Part shown: in pieces, positions 62,374 through 64,000 of the stretch
Position numbering within the stretch: position 1 is the first letter of the stretch
Layout of the letters: every line of letters begins with the position of its first letter
Assembly: GCA_963770875.1 (NCBI GenBank)
Contig: CAVYRE010000006.1
Location: 27,836 to 91,835, forward strand
DNA: 64,000 nt
Reading direction: 5' to 3'
From: an uncultured Chloroflexia bacterium
Lineage (GTDB): Bacteria > Chloroflexota > Limnocylindria > QHBO01
Notes under the pieces: model-generated
Databases searched by the model: none
What the model saw: only the letters and a program-made list of their open reading frames with translations
What the model was told of the DNA's origin: nothing
Program-made: the position numbers and the translations under genes

Positions 62374-63177
62374 CGCCCACCACCGAGCGGGGCCGGAGCT
62401 TCGACGCCTGGGCCGAGGAGTACGACCGCTATCGCCCCACCTACCCCGACGCGCTCTTCGCCCTGATCGCCCGCGAGCTGGGCCTTCCGGAGCGGCCGGC
62501 GGTCGCGGACCTGGGCGCGGGGACGGGCCGCGCGAGCCTGGCCATGGCGACGCTCGGGTGGCGGGTCACCGCGGTCGAGCCGGGAGGGCCGATGCTCGAG
62601 CAGCTGGTGGCCGGGGCAACCAGCCTCGGGCTGGCGGTGGACACGGACCAGGCGACCGCGGAGCAGACCGCGCTCCCGTCCGCGTCCGTCGACCTGGCGA
62701 CCGCGGCACAGGCCTTCCACTGGTTCGACCAGCCCGCCGCGCTGGCCGAGATGGCACGCATCGTGCGGCCCGGTGGCGGGATCGCTCTCTTCTGGAACGT
62801 GCGCGACGAAGATCGGTCGCCGTTCGTGGCCGACTATCACCGCATCCTGGAGCGGTACGGCGGCGTGGCGGAGGGCAAGTACCTCCAGGCCGGCCGCGCG
62901 TCGGGACGCTCCGGCACCCGAGGGGCCCTGGAAGGGGCCGCCGGCTTCGAAGCACCACACCTGCATGAGCTGCACCATGAGCTGCCGGCCTCGGCGTCGG
63001 CGTTCATCGGCATGGCCTTCACCGCGTCGTACATCCGCGCCCTCGAGCCAGCCGCGCAGGAGCGGCTTCCGGGCCGAGGCGCTGGACCTGCTGGCGCAGC
63101 ACGGGCATCACGGTGACGAGCCGTTCACCATCCCCTATCGCATCGACCTGTGGACCGCACGAAGGAGCGCCCCATGA
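62370..63177 (+). pseudogene. Class I SAM-dependent methyltransferase; one frame break near 63065
   Basis: FDAWAEEYDRYRPTYP, VADLGAGTGRAS, AAQAFHWFD. GTGA overlap with the GNAT stop, and its own stop overlaps the leuS ATG. Confidence 0.75.
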
Positions 63178-64000
63178 CGACGGAGAATGCCGCCCGCCCG
63201 GCGCCCGCCGAGCGCTTCGATCCGCGGACCTATGAGTCGCGCTGGCGCGAGCGCTGGGCGGCGGATGACCTATATCGGGCCGATGACGCCGACCCGCGCG
63301 AGAAGCACTACCTGCTGACCATGTACCCGTACCCGTCGGGCGACCTGCACATCGGTCATTGGTATGCCGCGACGGGGCCCGACATCGTGGCCCGCATGCG
63401 CCGCATGCAGGGCTTCAACGTGATGTTCCCGATGGGCTTCGACTCGTTCGGCCTGCCGGCCGAGAACGCCGCGATCGACCGTGGCGCGCACCCCATGGAG
63501 TGGACCGCCGCGAACATCGATCGGATGCGGACCCAGTTCCGCTCGATGGGCTGCATGTTCGACTGGAGCCGCGAGGTGGTCACCAGCGACCCGAGCTACT
63601 ACCGCTGGACGCAGTGGCTCTTCGTCCAGTTCTTCAAGGCAGGGCTCGCCTATCGGGCCATGGCGCCGGTCGACTGGTGCCCCAAGGACCAGGTGACGCT
63701 GGCGCGCGAGCAGGTCGAGGGGGCGGACCGCCATTGCTGGCGCTGCGGGACCCCGGTCATCAAGCGCGACCTGGAGCAGTGGTTCTTCCGCACCACCCGC
63801 TACGCGGACGAGCTGCTCGACTTCAGCCAGATCGACTGGCCGGAGCCGATCCGCCTGATGCAGACCAACTGGATCGGCCGCAGCGAGGGCGCCGAGATCG
63901 ACTTCGCGGTGGAGGTCGACGGCGTGGCGCCGATCCGCGTCTTCACCACGCGTCCCGACACGATCTTCGGGGCGACCTTCATGGTGCTCGCCCCCGAGCA
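63174..64000 (+). CDS. leuS: Leucyl-tRNA synthetase, N-terminal part; runs off the window end
   Basis: My own translation gives YLLTMYPYPSGDLHIGHWY (HIGH motif), GFDSFGLPAENAA, CWRCGTPV and TTRPDTIFGATFMVLAPE. It has no stop in the window, so it is absent from the ORF track. Confidence 0.9.
   Translation, partial: MTTENAARPAPAERFDPRTYESRWRERWAADDLYRADDADPREKHYLLTMYPYPSGDLHIGHWYAATGPDIVARMRRMQGFNVMFPMGFDSFGLPAENAAIDRGAHPMEWTAANIDRMRTQFRSMGCMFDWSREVVTSDPSYYRWTQWLFVQFFKAGLAYRAMAPVDWCPKDQVTLAREQVEGADRHCWRCGTPVIKRDLEQWFFRTTRYADELLDFSQIDWPEPIRLMQTNWIGRSEGAEIDFAVEVDGVAPIRVFTTRPDTIFGATFMVLAPE

Overview
Very GC-rich bacterial chromosomal segment. The gene content and the GAAC-N4-GTTC LexA boxes look Actinobacteria- or Chloroflexi-like, but taxonomy cannot be fixed from this window. 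Layout by region: (1) 0-19.8 kb is housekeeping: rpsT, a glk-gap-pgk-eno-methyltransferase operon, carAB, bioY, a VIT1 transporter and a large LTD surface protein. (2) 19.8-30.3 kb holds an SOS mutagenesis set: dnaE2 and a separate imuA-imuB-orf84 operon, each preceded by a near-identical LexA box. (3) 30.3-36.2 kb holds tRNA-Ala, an ECF sigma with a Kelch anti-sigma protein, PPK2 and a PAS-GGDEF-EAL protein. (4) 36.2-59.6 kb is a large accessory catabolic island. Its centrepiece is a tightly coupled operon: FGGY kinase, three DSD1-type PLP enzymes, a form-IV RuBisCO-like protein and a cyclase-fold hydrolase. The island also carries an APC permease, a YhfZ-like regulator, a CbbY-like phosphatase, a class II aldolase, acetoin-dehydrogenase-like E1 alpha/beta with an orphan lipoyl carrier, TIM-like and RpiB-like isomerases, and LsrK/LsrF homologs. 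(5) 59.6-64 kb holds small genes, a second tRNA-Ala and the start of leuS. About one third of the genes carry frameshifts, and one has an in-frame stop. These lesions are distributed very unevenly. No CRISPR array, rRNA, transposase or integrase was seen. All calls rest on by-eye reading of the ORF translations and the DNA; no database search was run.
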